Assembly: GCA_024278175.1 (NCBI GenBank)
Contig: JAJRTS010000101.1
Span: forward strand, 25,950 to 89,949
Length of the DNA stretch: 64,000 nt
Reading direction: 5' to 3'
From: Gemmatimonadales bacterium
Lineage (GTDB): Bacteria; Gemmatimonadota; Glassbacteria; GWA2-58-10
This document shows, in pieces, positions 55,121-64,000 of this stretch. The position numbers were made by a program, and so were the translations under genes. The notes below the pieces were generated by a model. It searched no databases. It was given only the letters and a program-made list of their open reading frames with translations, and was not told the DNA's origin. Position 1 is the stretch's first letter. The number at the start of each line of letters is the position of its first letter.

Positions 55121-55280
55121 TGGCTTCGTAAAAAGTCCATCTACTTTGTTGCGCCACATAGCTCGTCAACTGCGCAGTACCTTCAAGTACTCCTCGTTCC
55201 TCGATATTTGCGCGCCTCGTATCCGGTGCTTTTTACTTTGCCATCGGCAAAGAGGATCTTTTACAAAACCATCAATGCTA
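55121..55280. repeat. copy B of the ~160-bp intergenic repeat
   Basis: Colinear with 14491-14653 in the same orientation. It begins at the rng stop codon, as copy A begins at the nrdR stop. The right-hand inverted repeat is degenerate (cttttacaaaacc). Contains its own hairpin ctttgcc-atc-ggcaaag. Confidence 0.75.
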
Positions 55281-56828
55281 ACGAAGGTTCAACTGTTTTT
55301 TCGACGGCAGGCTGAACACCGCGAAATCATCGAGGCGCATCAACGGGTCATCGCGAAGACGCAGCCTGGCTTTGGTGTGGTTCTCCAACTGCTTGAGCAG
55401 GGAACATTCCTGCTCCATCAGGTGCAACGCCACCGCGGGATGGACCCTGAGCAGCAACTCGCTTTCCTTGCGCTCGGCGGTCAGTTTGCGCAGGGCCATT
55501 TCCAGATGGCCGGTTACCACCTCGGGGGTAAACACCCTGCCACGCCCATCGCAGTTGGGACACAACTCGGTCATGCTCTGAAACAGGCTTGAACGCACAC
55601 GCTGCCGGCTCATCTCCACCAGACCCAGCGGGCTGACCTCGAACGCCTTGGTTTTGGAGCGGTCGAACTTGAGCAGGTGCCGGAACTCATCGAGCATCTT
55701 CTGCTGGTTCTCCCGGCTTTCCATGTCGATAAAATCCGCCACGATTATCCCGCCCAGATCGCGCAGCCTCACCTGCCGGGCAATCTCCCGGGCGGCTTCG
55801 AGATTGGTGCGCAGGATCGTCTGCTCCTGGTTCTTGTCGCCCGTGTAGCGGCCCGTGTTAACGTCGATCGAGACCAGCGCCTCGGTCTGCTCGATCACGA
55901 TATAACCGCCGCGCTTAAGCCAGACCTTGCTGCTGAACACCTTGCGGATCTCATCATCCAGCTTGTACCTGGTGAACAGTGGTTCCTGTTCCTTGTAGAG
56001 CTGAAGGCGGCCGGTGAGCTTGGGGGCGATAATCTTGAGGTAGTCCTTGATCCTTTTGAACTCGGTCTTGGAATCGACTACCAGCGAGTCCACCCGCTCG
56101 TTGAACACATCGCGCAGCAGGCTGGCGATAAGCTGCATCTCCTGATACACCAGGCCCGGCGCCTCCACCTGGCTGCTCTGGCGCTTGACCCGCCGCCACA
56201 GGTTTTTGAGCGAGTTGTACTCGTTGGTGAACTCGTCCTCGGGTGTGTCCTCGGCGGCCGTGCGCACGATAACACCCTCGTTACGGGTGATCACCTTCTT
56301 GATGATCTCCTTGATCCGCGCCCGCTGCCTGTTGTCGTCGATCTTGCGCGAGATGCCGATCCGGTTGTCGAACGGGTTGTAGACCATCAGCCGGCCGGGC
56401 AGCGAAACGTCGGTACTCACCCGCGGGCCTTTGGTGCTGATCGGCTCCTTGATCACCTGGACCATGATCTCCTGGCCTTCCTGGAGCTGATCCTGGATCG
56501 CCTGGAATTTGCGGGGCTTCCTGCGAGCTCCGCCGGAGCCCTGGTCATCGTTGTCGTAATCGGTCTCGAACAGGTCGTAGTTGACATCGCTCACATGCAG
56601 GAAACCGTGCTTGGGCAGGCCGATATCGACAAACGCAGCCTGCATACCGGGCAGCACCCGGCGGACCACGCCCTTATAGATATCACCGACCATCCGGCGA
56701 CCGCTTTCATGATCGACCATGTATTCGACCAGTTTGCCCTCTTCCAGAATCGCGATCCTGGTCTGCTTGAAGGCTACAGAAATAAGAATGTCCCGCTTTA
56801 TTGATTTATATCGGGGTTGATTAGCCAT
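55278..56828 (-). CDS. rng: ribonuclease G/E-family endoribonuclease
   Basis: S1 domain (GDIYKGVVRRVLPGMQAAFVDIGLPKHGFLHVSDV), catalytic core VIEQTEALVSIDVNTG and DLGGIIVADFIDM, and Zn-link CPNCDGRG. Confidence 0.9.
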   Translation of the reverse strand: MANQPRYKSIKRDILISVAFKQTRIAILEEGKLVEYMVDHESGRRMVGDIYKGVVRRVLPGMQAAFVDIGLPKHGFLHVSDVNYDLFETDYDNDDQGSGGARRKPRKFQAIQDQLQEGQEIMVQVIKEPISTKGPRVSTDVSLPGRLMVYNPFDNRIGISRKIDDNRQRARIKEIIKKVITRNEGVIVRTAAEDTPEDEFTNEYNSLKNLWRRVKRQSSQVEAPGLVYQEMQLIASLLRDVFNERVDSLVVDSKTEFKRIKDYLKIIAPKLTGRLQLYKEQEPLFTRYKLDDEIRKVFSSKVWLKRGGYIVIEQTEALVSIDVNTGRYTGDKNQEQTILRTNLEAAREIARQVRLRDLGGIIVADFIDMESRENQQKMLDEFRHLLKFDRSKTKAFEVSPLGLVEMSRQRVRSSLFQSMTELCPNCDGRGRVFTPEVVTGHLEMALRKLTAERKESELLLRVHPAVALHLMEQECSLLKQLENHTKARLRLRDDPLMRLDDFAVFSLPSKKQLNLR

Positions 56829-57358
56829 TGCTTCTTCCTAAAGTAATACGTTAAAGCTAAAACGTTCCATCTCATTGCCGCCGTTTAAACCGGGCGGAAG
56901 ACTTATCTTGCAAAATAACAGACAGAACAAAAAAAAGTTGTGAAAAACTCTATTAAGTATGTGAACCAAGCCGCCAGAGGAACGTTGCCCGGCATATTCG
57001 CGAAGGGGAGTCGCCCTTAACAGCTTAGAGAAAGTTAAAAACATTAATAGCCAAATATGTCACAATTCGAACGGCTTGTCTTGCCCTTGACAACTTGCCC
57101 GAGCAAAATTTTTCACATAGGGCGTTGAATCTCTTTATTTCAACGCCCCTCTAAAGTAACAGTAGTTCGGCCCGCTGTACAATAATAATGCGCCGCATCC
57201 CGCAGGGCCGCTCCCAAAAACATTCAACAGCCCCTGGAATCAAATTAATTTTTTCGCCCTCAAGGGGACCTGAACCATCCTCCGGCTGACCCTTGAGAGC
57301 GGCATTCCCCCGGCGGCTCCCAACACGACGCCAGCTCCGGCGCTCCGCCAGCGGTTCG

Positions 57359-59950
57359 CTACGTGGGCAGAACGGCCCCGGTCTTGACAATCCTCACGCG
57401 GGCCAGCGCTTCCTGCTCCAGCGCCAGCAGCCAGCCTACGAACCGGTCCGGCCGCTCGGAGCCGGGCCCGCTCAGGCTGAGCTCGAACCGCAGCGTAACC
57501 CGGCCGTTTTCCTCGCTGAGAGTCATCTGCTCGAGTCTGGAGCGCAGGTCTACCGTTTTGGCGCGCCCTTTCTTGTCCGTGCGTTCCAGGCTTCCGCCCC
57601 GCCGGAGTTGTTCGCCGCGGCGCTGCTCGACCATTTCCACGGTCCACTCAGGCAACAGCACAACTTTCCAGGTGCATGCGGCGATAGCCGGGACCATGCG
57701 CTTGCGGGTCACACCCGGCGGCAGTTTTTCCAGTTCCACGATCCCGAACCCACTCACCCCGGCGGATGCCGCCTCAAGCGCCCGGCGCACGGCGGTCTCA
57801 TCGCAGGGCAGCAGCTCGAAATCGAGATACTCAGCCTCGCTTTCGACCCCCAGCGGAAGGGCCGGTGAGAAATGCAGGCGCATCCGCGCGTTGAAACCGG
57901 CGCTGTGCACCACCGGCAGACGCGAGCGGCGCAGCATGAACTCAATATTGCGAGAGTTGTCCAGGTGACCCACAAAACGTTGCAGGCCGCGGCGGGCGTA
58001 GCGCAGCCGCCACAGATCGATTTCCGCCGAGTTTTCCACCGTGGGCAAAACCCCCTCGGCCAGGGGCGGATCGTCCCGCACCGCCGGCCCCTGCGCCGGC
58101 AGATCATCGGGGGGGCCGCGCAACTGCTCGCAGGTCTCGGGCTCGGCCACTCCGCAGCCCAGGCACGCCCCACCGGCGCAGTCTGCCACGTTGCGCCCGG
58201 CAAGAGCACTGGTCCGCTGGGTGCGCAGGAATTTCTCATCCGCCGGCAGCTCGATAAAACTCCAGGGCAGCGGCTGCTGGGGATCGCGGGCGGCAAGAGC
58301 GTCCTCCAGCTCCAGCTTGCACTCAGCCAGCGCCGCCAGCCACCTGTCCCAGACAAAATGCTCCCCCCACCCGTCGAACCGCGCGCCCGCGCGCCACGCC
58401 CGCGCGACAACCGGTGCCAGCTCCACGCCACCACGGGCCAGCAGGCCCTCCAGAGCGCTCATGCACGGATCGTGGTAGCGAATTTTCACCCGGCGGCTAC
58501 GCACCCCGTCCCTGATCCGCCAGATCCGGCGTTCCAGCTCCGCGGGCGGCGCCTGGGCCTCCCACTGAAACGGCGTGCCGGGCTTGGGCACGAACGGGCC
58601 GATAGTCACGTTGACGTTGCGGCGTCCGCCCACGCGCCGCGCACACCCGGCCACCGCGTCGATCAGGCGCGAGGCCTCGTCCAGATCCTCGTCGGTCTCG
58701 GTGGGCAGACCGACCATGAAGTAGAGCTTGATCAGGGTCCAGCCGGCACGGAACGCTGTCTCGACCAGCTCCAGCAGCTCACCCTCGTCCACCTTTTTGC
58801 CGATCGCCTCGCGCAGGCGCTCGCTGCCGGCCTCTACCGCGAAAGTCAGTCCGCCGCGGCGGCCCCCGCTGATGCGCTGGAGCAAACTCAGCGTACGGCT
58901 GTCCACGCGCAGGCTGGGAAAACTGAGGCTCACCCCGGCCGCCGCGAACTCGGGTGCGAGGATCTCGACCAGCTCCTCGATAGCCGGGTAGTCGGCCGAG
59001 GAGAGCGAGAGCAGGGTAACGGAGTCCCAACCGCCGCTGCGCACACCCTGTCTGGCCACCCTGGCGATCCGCCGGACCGAGCGGCTGCGTACCGGGCGGT
59101 AGTACATCCCGGCCTGGCAGAAACGACAACCGCCGGTACAGCCACGCATGATCTCGACAGCGTGATGGTCCTGGGCCAGCTCGATCAACGGCACGGGCAG
59201 GCCGTCTGGCTCAGGGTAGTCGGCAAGCCGGTCGATCCGCCGCACGGCGATCCGCCTCCGGCCACCCGGAGCGTGCAGGGCGGGCACATAGATCCCGTCA
59301 AGCTCCGCCAGGCGGTTCAGACGCTCTTTGCGGGAAGCCCCCTCCCCGGCCATGCCGATCAGCAGACGCAACACGTCCTGCAACACCGCTTCGCCGTCAC
59401 CCAACACGAAAAAGTCGAAAAACGGGGCCATCACCGCCGGGTTGACCGCGTTGGGGCCACCACCGCAGACCAGCGGATCGCTCTCACCGCGTGGGGCGGC
59501 GTGAAGAGGAATGCCGGCCAGATCGAGCACGGTCAGCACGTTAGTGTAGGTCAACTCCGACTGCAGAGTTATCCCCACCAGATCGAAATCGGCCAGCGGA
59601 CGACGGCTGGTCAGGCCATAAAGCGGAATCCCCCGCTCGCGCATCCTGCTCTGGGCATCGGGCCACGGCGCGAACGCACGATCGACAGCCACGCCGCTCA
59701 CACGGGACGCCGCCGCCCGGAGCACTTTCAGGCCCAGGTTACTCATCCCCACCTCGTAGAGGTCGGGATAGACCAGCGCCAGAGTGAGCGCCGAACCCTC
59801 ATCACCACCGCTCGCCCCCAGTTCACCGCCCATGTAACGGGCGGGACGGTTGACAAACGGGAGCAATTCCTGTTCTATTTTATCCTGCAGGCTTTCTATC
59901 GCGCAGTCTCCGTACCAATAAAGAAAAAGGCGGGCATCGCCCGCCGACAT
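57359..59950 (-). CDS. fused radical SAM (TIGR03960-like, B12-binding-like N-domain) + radical-SAM-linked DUF2344 (TIGR03936-like) protein
   Basis: EIMRGCTGGCRFCQAGMYYRPVR cluster. The C-terminal third (RLRYARRGLQRFVGHLDNSRNIEFMLRRSRLPVVHSAGFNARMRLHFSPALPLGVESEAEYLDFEL) matches the family usually encoded by a separate adjacent gene. ATG at 59950 is preferred over the TTG at 59956. Confidence 0.85.
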   Translation of the reverse strand: MSAGDARLFLYWYGDCAIESLQDKIEQELLPFVNRPARYMGGELGASGGDEGSALTLALVYPDLYEVGMSNLGLKVLRAAASRVSGVAVDRAFAPWPDAQSRMRERGIPLYGLTSRRPLADFDLVGITLQSELTYTNVLTVLDLAGIPLHAAPRGESDPLVCGGGPNAVNPAVMAPFFDFFVLGDGEAVLQDVLRLLIGMAGEGASRKERLNRLAELDGIYVPALHAPGGRRRIAVRRIDRLADYPEPDGLPVPLIELAQDHHAVEIMRGCTGGCRFCQAGMYYRPVRSRSVRRIARVARQGVRSGGWDSVTLLSLSSADYPAIEELVEILAPEFAAAGVSLSFPSLRVDSRTLSLLQRISGGRRGGLTFAVEAGSERLREAIGKKVDEGELLELVETAFRAGWTLIKLYFMVGLPTETDEDLDEASRLIDAVAGCARRVGGRRNVNVTIGPFVPKPGTPFQWEAQAPPAELERRIWRIRDGVRSRRVKIRYHDPCMSALEGLLARGGVELAPVVARAWRAGARFDGWGEHFVWDRWLAALAECKLELEDALAARDPQQPLPWSFIELPADEKFLRTQRTSALAGRNVADCAGGACLGCGVAEPETCEQLRGPPDDLPAQGPAVRDDPPLAEGVLPTVENSAEIDLWRLRYARRGLQRFVGHLDNSRNIEFMLRRSRLPVVHSAGFNARMRLHFSPALPLGVESEAEYLDFELLPCDETAVRRALEAASAGVSGFGIVELEKLPPGVTRKRMVPAIAACTWKVVLLPEWTVEMVEQRRGEQLRRGGSLERTDKKGRAKTVDLRSRLEQMTLSEENGRVTLRFELSLSGPGSERPDRFVGWLLALEQEALARVRIVKTGAVLPT

Positions 59951-60070
59951 TGCCAAAAATAAAGCAGTTAGCGCCTTGAGTCAAGTCTGTTCGGATGATG
60001 AAAGAATCGGCAGGCGGAAAAGAGAAACACATGCATTGGAAAAACGCGGCCTTCGCATTGACGGTGGTAA

Positions 60071-60520
60071 TCAGCGAACCATGCCTACCTGCCAGGTTCC
60101 GGTGAATCCCTCGCCCTGAACCGAGCCCTGCAGGGCTCGCTCGGTCAAGGTGCCCTCGAACAGCGCGCTACCGGCGCCGGGCTCCTCGGTGCGAAACGAG
60201 ACGAACGCGCCGGAAACCGTTCCGCCGGTGACGACAAGCGTGTCCGCCGGGGCCTTGCCGAACCCCTCGGCCAGCGGATCGATCCGGACCATCAGCCCGT
60301 CGAAATTGAATTCCCGCTGGACCAGTTCCAGCCTGATCCTGCTGGTCTGTTCCACCGAGTCAGCGGTTGCCGTCAGGCTCATCACTCCCTCCCACACGCC
60401 CTGGACCCTGCCTGTACCCTGCACGGCCACGATCCGCTTATCGCCGCAGCCGCCAAAGACAACTCCGGCCAGCAGCAGCAACAGCGGCAAAACCAGCCTC
60501 GATTTACGGAATTCAAACAC
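60071..60520 (-). CDS. hypothetical lipoprotein
   Basis: Signal peptide with lipobox LLLLAGVVFGGC and a beta-rich small protein. Lies 16 nt downstream of the SH3/OM-barrel gene. Confidence 0.55.
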   Translation of the reverse strand: MFEFRKSRLVLPLLLLLAGVVFGGCGDKRIVAVQGTGRVQGVWEGVMSLTATADSVEQTSRIRLELVQREFNFDGLMVRIDPLAEGFGKAPADTLVVTGGTVSGAFVSFRTEEPGAGSALFEGTLTERALQGSVQGEGFTGTWQVGMVR

Positions 60521-60536
60521 GACCCGGCACCTGAGG

Positions 60537-62054
60537 TTAGAATGTAAAATTAACGCTCCCGCCGATCCGGACAGCCGCTGCGCGTCCTACCTCGAACTCG
60601 GGCACCAGGCGGGCCACGTCCGTGAATATCTGGTGGGAGAACTCACCGCGAAGCGAACAGGAGGAACCCAGTTGAAGGTTCACGCCCGCTCCCCAGTTGT
60701 AATAGCCGTAGTTGGTGGTCCCCTCGGGCGGACGGCCGCCGCCGGAAAGGAGCAGCGTGCCGCCGCCGGCCAGCAGATACAGCCCACGATCCGGCTTCAG
60801 GGGATAAAACAGCAACTGCATCCCCAGACGCGCACCGTCGGTTTTCATCTGCCCGGCGCGGTCGCGGATCGTCAGCGGAAGGTAGCCGCCCTCGGCCTCC
60901 ACGGCCAGGCGCTCGTACATCCGCCAGCCGAGCTTGATCCCAGCCTCCAGCGCCACATCCATCGAAAAACGGGGTGAGAACGCCTGGTAAGCCGCGTACG
61001 GAGAGAGATACAGTCCGCCGGCGGAGATTGCGCGCGAGGGGTAGAATTTGGGCAACTGCATGCCCACGCCCAGCGAAACTCCGTTGAGCAGTTCCGCGCC
61101 CTTGCCCTCGACAGTAATCACGTGGCCCCTGTAGGCGGCGTCCAGCGCAAGATCTTTGGTCAGGTACATCCGGAACCCGGCCCCGAACGAAACGTCGAGG
61201 TCGGTGCGCGAGGAGTCGGCCCAGGCGGTATGCATCACCCCCGCGCCCAGCAGCGCGTAGGGGACCACCAGGCCACCGGGACGGTAGCTGTAGCTCAGAC
61301 CCGCGTTGAGCGCGGTACGAACCTCCTGCTCCTCGGGCGCAAGGTCCTGATCGGGATTAAAAGCGGCCGAGGCCAACTCGATCCGCCAGGCGAACTCGGG
61401 GGTGAAAGCGCGGGCGAAACTGAACTCCGCCGACGGTGCGACCCTGCCGTCGTAGATCAGTACTCCCACACGGGAGGTGTAGAGGTTACGGCCCATCCAG
61501 CCCCGGGCGGTTTCGAATACGGTCTGCTGCGGATCGAACGGTGATTCGGGAGCAACGGTATCGGCTTCCGCCGCTTTGGCGCCACCGGTGACCAGCGTAT
61601 CGAGCCGGGACGGGACACTGTCGAGCCCAAGCACGGCCAGCAGGCTGTCCTGTCTGGCCTCCTTGGTGCGAATCCGCTCCAGAATCAGGCCCGAACTCTC
61701 CTCCAGGCCACTGATCGCGATGGCGAGTCGCTCGATGTAGTTGTTGACACTGTCCGCCTGCTCGTTGGAAAGCTGGCGGGCCTCGGGGGTGAATACCTCG
61801 ACCAGGTCCTCGCGGACCCAGCCGATACTGCCGTCATCGATCAGCACCCGCAGCCAGTTCTTGAATTTTCGCTCGGCCAGCACGCGGTCACCGCGGTATA
61901 GAGTGGTAACCAGCTCGTAGCCGGTACCCGGCCCCTTGCGTACATTTGCGTAGCGGTTATGGACCATCATTTCCACGGGCAACTGCTGGGCAAGCAGCGG
62001 CAGAGCGGCTGTGATCAGCAGCAGAAAAGTCAGCAGACCGAGGTATTTTTTCAT
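60537..62054 (-). CDS. SH3b-domain protein fused to a C-terminal outer-membrane beta-barrel
   Basis: Signal peptide MKKYLGLLTFLLLITAALPLLAQ. SH3b-like YANVRKGPGTGYELVTTLYRGDRVLAERKFKNWLRVLIDDGSIGWVREDLV, then a coiled coil. The C-terminal half has alternating beta-strand pattern and a terminal VNFTF (aromatic C-terminus typical of OMPs). Confidence 0.65.
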   Translation of the reverse strand: MKKYLGLLTFLLLITAALPLLAQQLPVEMMVHNRYANVRKGPGTGYELVTTLYRGDRVLAERKFKNWLRVLIDDGSIGWVREDLVEVFTPEARQLSNEQADSVNNYIERLAIAISGLEESSGLILERIRTKEARQDSLLAVLGLDSVPSRLDTLVTGGAKAAEADTVAPESPFDPQQTVFETARGWMGRNLYTSRVGVLIYDGRVAPSAEFSFARAFTPEFAWRIELASAAFNPDQDLAPEEQEVRTALNAGLSYSYRPGGLVVPYALLGAGVMHTAWADSSRTDLDVSFGAGFRMYLTKDLALDAAYRGHVITVEGKGAELLNGVSLGVGMQLPKFYPSRAISAGGLYLSPYAAYQAFSPRFSMDVALEAGIKLGWRMYERLAVEAEGGYLPLTIRDRAGQMKTDGARLGMQLLFYPLKPDRGLYLLAGGGTLLLSGGGRPPEGTTNYGYYNWGAGVNLQLGSSCSLRGEFSHQIFTDVARLVPEFEVGRAAAVRIGGSVNFTF

Positions 62055-62156
62055 CGTCCGTCCGGTCGATTTCACGTTGTCCCCTGCGTGGTGCAAAACA
62101 GCCGGTGACGCGCAAAGGGGCGTTACTTGGTATGTCGGAAAATGCTGCTACCAGCT

Positions 62157-62978
62157 TTAGTTTTTGGTCCCCTTACGCGAGGTTCTTGCAGCGGCCAGAG
62201 CGATCAGTTCCGCCAGCGTACCGATCCCCCGCTCCGCGGCGCGTTCGAACAGGCGCAGCAGAACGTCCGCTGTCACCTCGGCATCGCCCAGCGCGCGATG
62301 GCGGGCCTGGAACGAGAGGTTGAAAAAGCGGGCCACTTCGTCCAGATTGCGCCGCTCCAGCTCCGGGACCAATCTGCGGGCCAGCACGGCCGTGCACAGC
62401 CTGGGGTTGAGCAGCTTGCAGCCACGGCTGAGGATTACCTCGTTCTGCACGAACCGCCAGTCGAACGGGGCGTTGTGGGCCACGAACACCGAATCTCCCA
62501 GAAAATCAACCACGTCCCGGCAGACCTCATCGAACGTGGGCTGCCCGGCCAGCATCGAATAGCTGATCCCGGTCAGAGTGCTCACCGGCCCGGGCACGGG
62601 GCGCCGGGGGTCGATCAGGGTTTCGTACCTTGCGGTAATCCGTCCGCCCTCTAGGCGCACCATCCCGATCTCGATCACCCTGTCCGCTGGCGGCGCGAAA
62701 CCGGTGGTTTCAACATCGACCACCACATAGCTGGCCGCCAGCAGACTTATCGACGCGCCAGCGCTTTCCTCGCCCGCCAGCGCCCAGCTGCCGTCGCCGA
62801 GTAAAACAAACCTCGGATCGCTATCCAGCATGGCGCGTGCCAGACGGACCGCCATTGCCTCGTCCACGTTTAGCAGGGCCAGAATTTTAGTGCAGATGGA
62901 GGAAGACGAACACGGGCCCTCGGCTTTGATCAGCTCCAGAGCCCTGTCCAGTGCGGCGTTGCTGTGGGCCAGACTCAT
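62157..62978 (-). CDS. DnaQ-like 3'-5' exonuclease (DEDDh) with ~85-aa N-terminal helical domain
   Basis: Exo I YVVVDVETTGF, Exo II VFVAHNAPFDWRF, Exo III HRALGDAEVTADVL. Confidence 0.85.
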   Translation of the reverse strand: MSLAHSNAALDRALELIKAEGPCSSSSICTKILALLNVDEAMAVRLARAMLDSDPRFVLLGDGSWALAGEESAGASISLLAASYVVVDVETTGFAPPADRVIEIGMVRLEGGRITARYETLIDPRRPVPGPVSTLTGISYSMLAGQPTFDEVCRDVVDFLGDSVFVAHNAPFDWRFVQNEVILSRGCKLLNPRLCTAVLARRLVPELERRNLDEVARFFNLSFQARHRALGDAEVTADVLLRLFERAAERGIGTLAELIALAAARTSRKGTKN

Positions 62979-63179
62979 AACGTTTATTTCCGGCAGATTG
63001 CGAGCAGGTATAGTCCGCTACCGGCCTCGCCGGCAATCACGGAGAAATCCCGATAGGAATATTTTTCCAGATACTCGCGTTTCCTGTCTCCTCCGAGCAT
63101 CCGGACATCATGCAAGGGGGACTAAGAACCGCTGTTTAATGGTTTTGCCGTAAAGATACGCCGGCGGTGTGCGAGTAAT

Positions 63180-64000
63180 TTAATCAACGCTGTTCCGGTC
63201 GATTTTATCACCGCCGTTTTCCTTACCCTTGCGTCCCGTCAGCACCCGAAACTCCTGGCGCACCAGCATCACGAAAGTGAGCCAGAGGATTTCCACGTCC
63301 AGGCCCAGCGACCAGTTGCGGATATAGTAGAGGTCGTGCTGAACTTTGCGGCTTACGCTGGTGGTCTCCCTGCAGAAAACCTGGGCCAGACCCGTGAGTC
63401 CGGGCCGGACGGCCAGGCGGCCACGGTACAGCTCGGGATAGGAGTCGAAAAAGAACGCCCGCTCGGGCCTGGGTCCCACCAGGCTCATCCTGCCGGTGAG
63501 CACGTTCCAGAACTGGGGCAGTTCGTCCAGGCCGGTGCGCCTCAGGAAACGGCCGATCCCCGGCAGCACCCGCTCATCGTCCCGGCCCGACCAGACAGGC
63601 CCGGTATCGCGCTCCGCCCCATGAACCATCGTGCGGAACTTGCGCACCTCGAACGTGACCCCCTGGCGCCCCACCCGCTCCTGGGTGTAGAGTACCGGCC
63701 CCCGGCTGGAAAAACGAATCGCCAGCGTGATCATCAGCATCAGCGGCGAGGCCAGCACCAGCACGCCCAGCGAGAGAGCGATATCCAGCAGGCGTTTGGC
63801 CAGCGCCGCGAACCCGCTCATCGGCTCATCGAGCGGACCGGGCGGGGTCATCACATCGCCCGCGCCCGGTTCGCCGCCGGGTACCAGGCGAAGTTCCACG
63901 CCGCGGCCGGCAAGTTTCTCGGCCAGCGGCAGCCAGCGCCCCGGCTCGATTCCCTCGGGGTCGAGCAGGACCAGGTCGACCCTGTTTTCGCGGGCCAGCG
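63180..64000 (-). CDS. polyprenyl-phosphate sugar-phosphate transferase (bacterial sugar transferase family), 5'-truncated by the window edge
   Basis: KRLLDIALSLGVLVLASPLMLMITLAIRFSSRGPVLYTQERVG, KFRTM and DELPQFWNVLTGRMSLVGPRP. My hand translation shows the frame stays open upstream of the ORF-track GTG (63899) to position 64000 (...LARENRVDLVLLDPEGIEPGRWLPLAEKLAGRGVELRLVP), as in long WbaP-type enzymes. Confidence 0.85.
   Translation of the reverse strand, partial: LARENRVDLVLLDPEGIEPGRWLPLAEKLAGRGVELRLVPGGEPGAGDVMTPPGPLDEPMSGFAALAKRLLDIALSLGVLVLASPLMLMITLAIRFSSRGPVLYTQERVGRQGVTFEVRKFRTMVHGAERDTGPVWSGRDDERVLPGIGRFLRRTGLDELPQFWNVLTGRMSLVGPRPERAFFFDSYPELYRGRLAVRPGLTGLAQVFCRETTSVSRKVQHDLYYIRNWSLGLDVEILWLTFVMLVRQEFRVLTGRKGKENGGDKIDRNSVD

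Noticed and set aside
59951-60070. TTGACT-17-TATTTT promoter-like match ending only 5 nt upstream of the radical SAM ATG, implying a leaderless mRNA; also a weak hairpin plus TTTTT after the lipoprotein gene.
   Set aside because: The hexamer match is moderate and the stem is only 3-4 bp. A leaderless start is a strong claim that sequence alone cannot support.

Overview
GC-rich bacterial chromosomal segment with short AT-rich spacers. Every confidently called gene except rpmB lies on the minus strand. Two housekeeping blocks flank a cell-surface island. Block 1 (165-23558) holds dxr-cdsA-uppS-frr-pyrH-tsf-rpsB, rpsI-rplM, an OM-barrel/lipoprotein pair, rnfCDGEA, nrdR, a tol-pal cluster interrupted by a Tat-sulfatase, a nucleotide-sugar dehydrogenase and rpmB. 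Block 2 (52028-64000) holds panC-folK-folB, rpmA-rplU, rng, a fused radical-SAM gene, a lipoprotein plus SH3/OM-barrel pair, a DnaQ-like exonuclease and a truncated sugar-phosphate transferase. The island (about 23.5-52 kb) encodes a standalone radical-SAM paralog and a four-gene surface operon (dockerin protein, 1405-aa FG-GAP propeller protein, lipoprotein, TPR protein). It also encodes two monocistronic paralogous giant proteins (1497 and 1528 aa) with cadherin-like/IPT/Fn3 modules and T9SS-type C-terminal sorting domains. It ends with three translationally coupled TMTC/DUF1736-like GT-C+TPR membrane proteins preceded by an acidic orphan. The best candidate for an undescribed system is the pairing of the TMTC-like glycosyltransferase triplet with the giant cadherin-like/IPT surface proteins, possibly a dedicated protein O-glycosylation module; this is inference from motifs only. 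Other directly visible oddities are a ~160-bp intergenic repeat present twice (MITE-like or structured RNA), Lys/Ala-rich tails on ribosomal proteins S2 and L21, and conserved promoter/leader modules in front of the two giant genes. No rRNA, tRNA, CRISPR array, transposase or integrase was recognised. The T9SS-type tails plus Rnf and Tol-Pal suggest an FCB-superphylum-like, probably uncultivated lineage, which cannot be confirmed from this window. All domain calls come from reading motifs by eye, not from searches.
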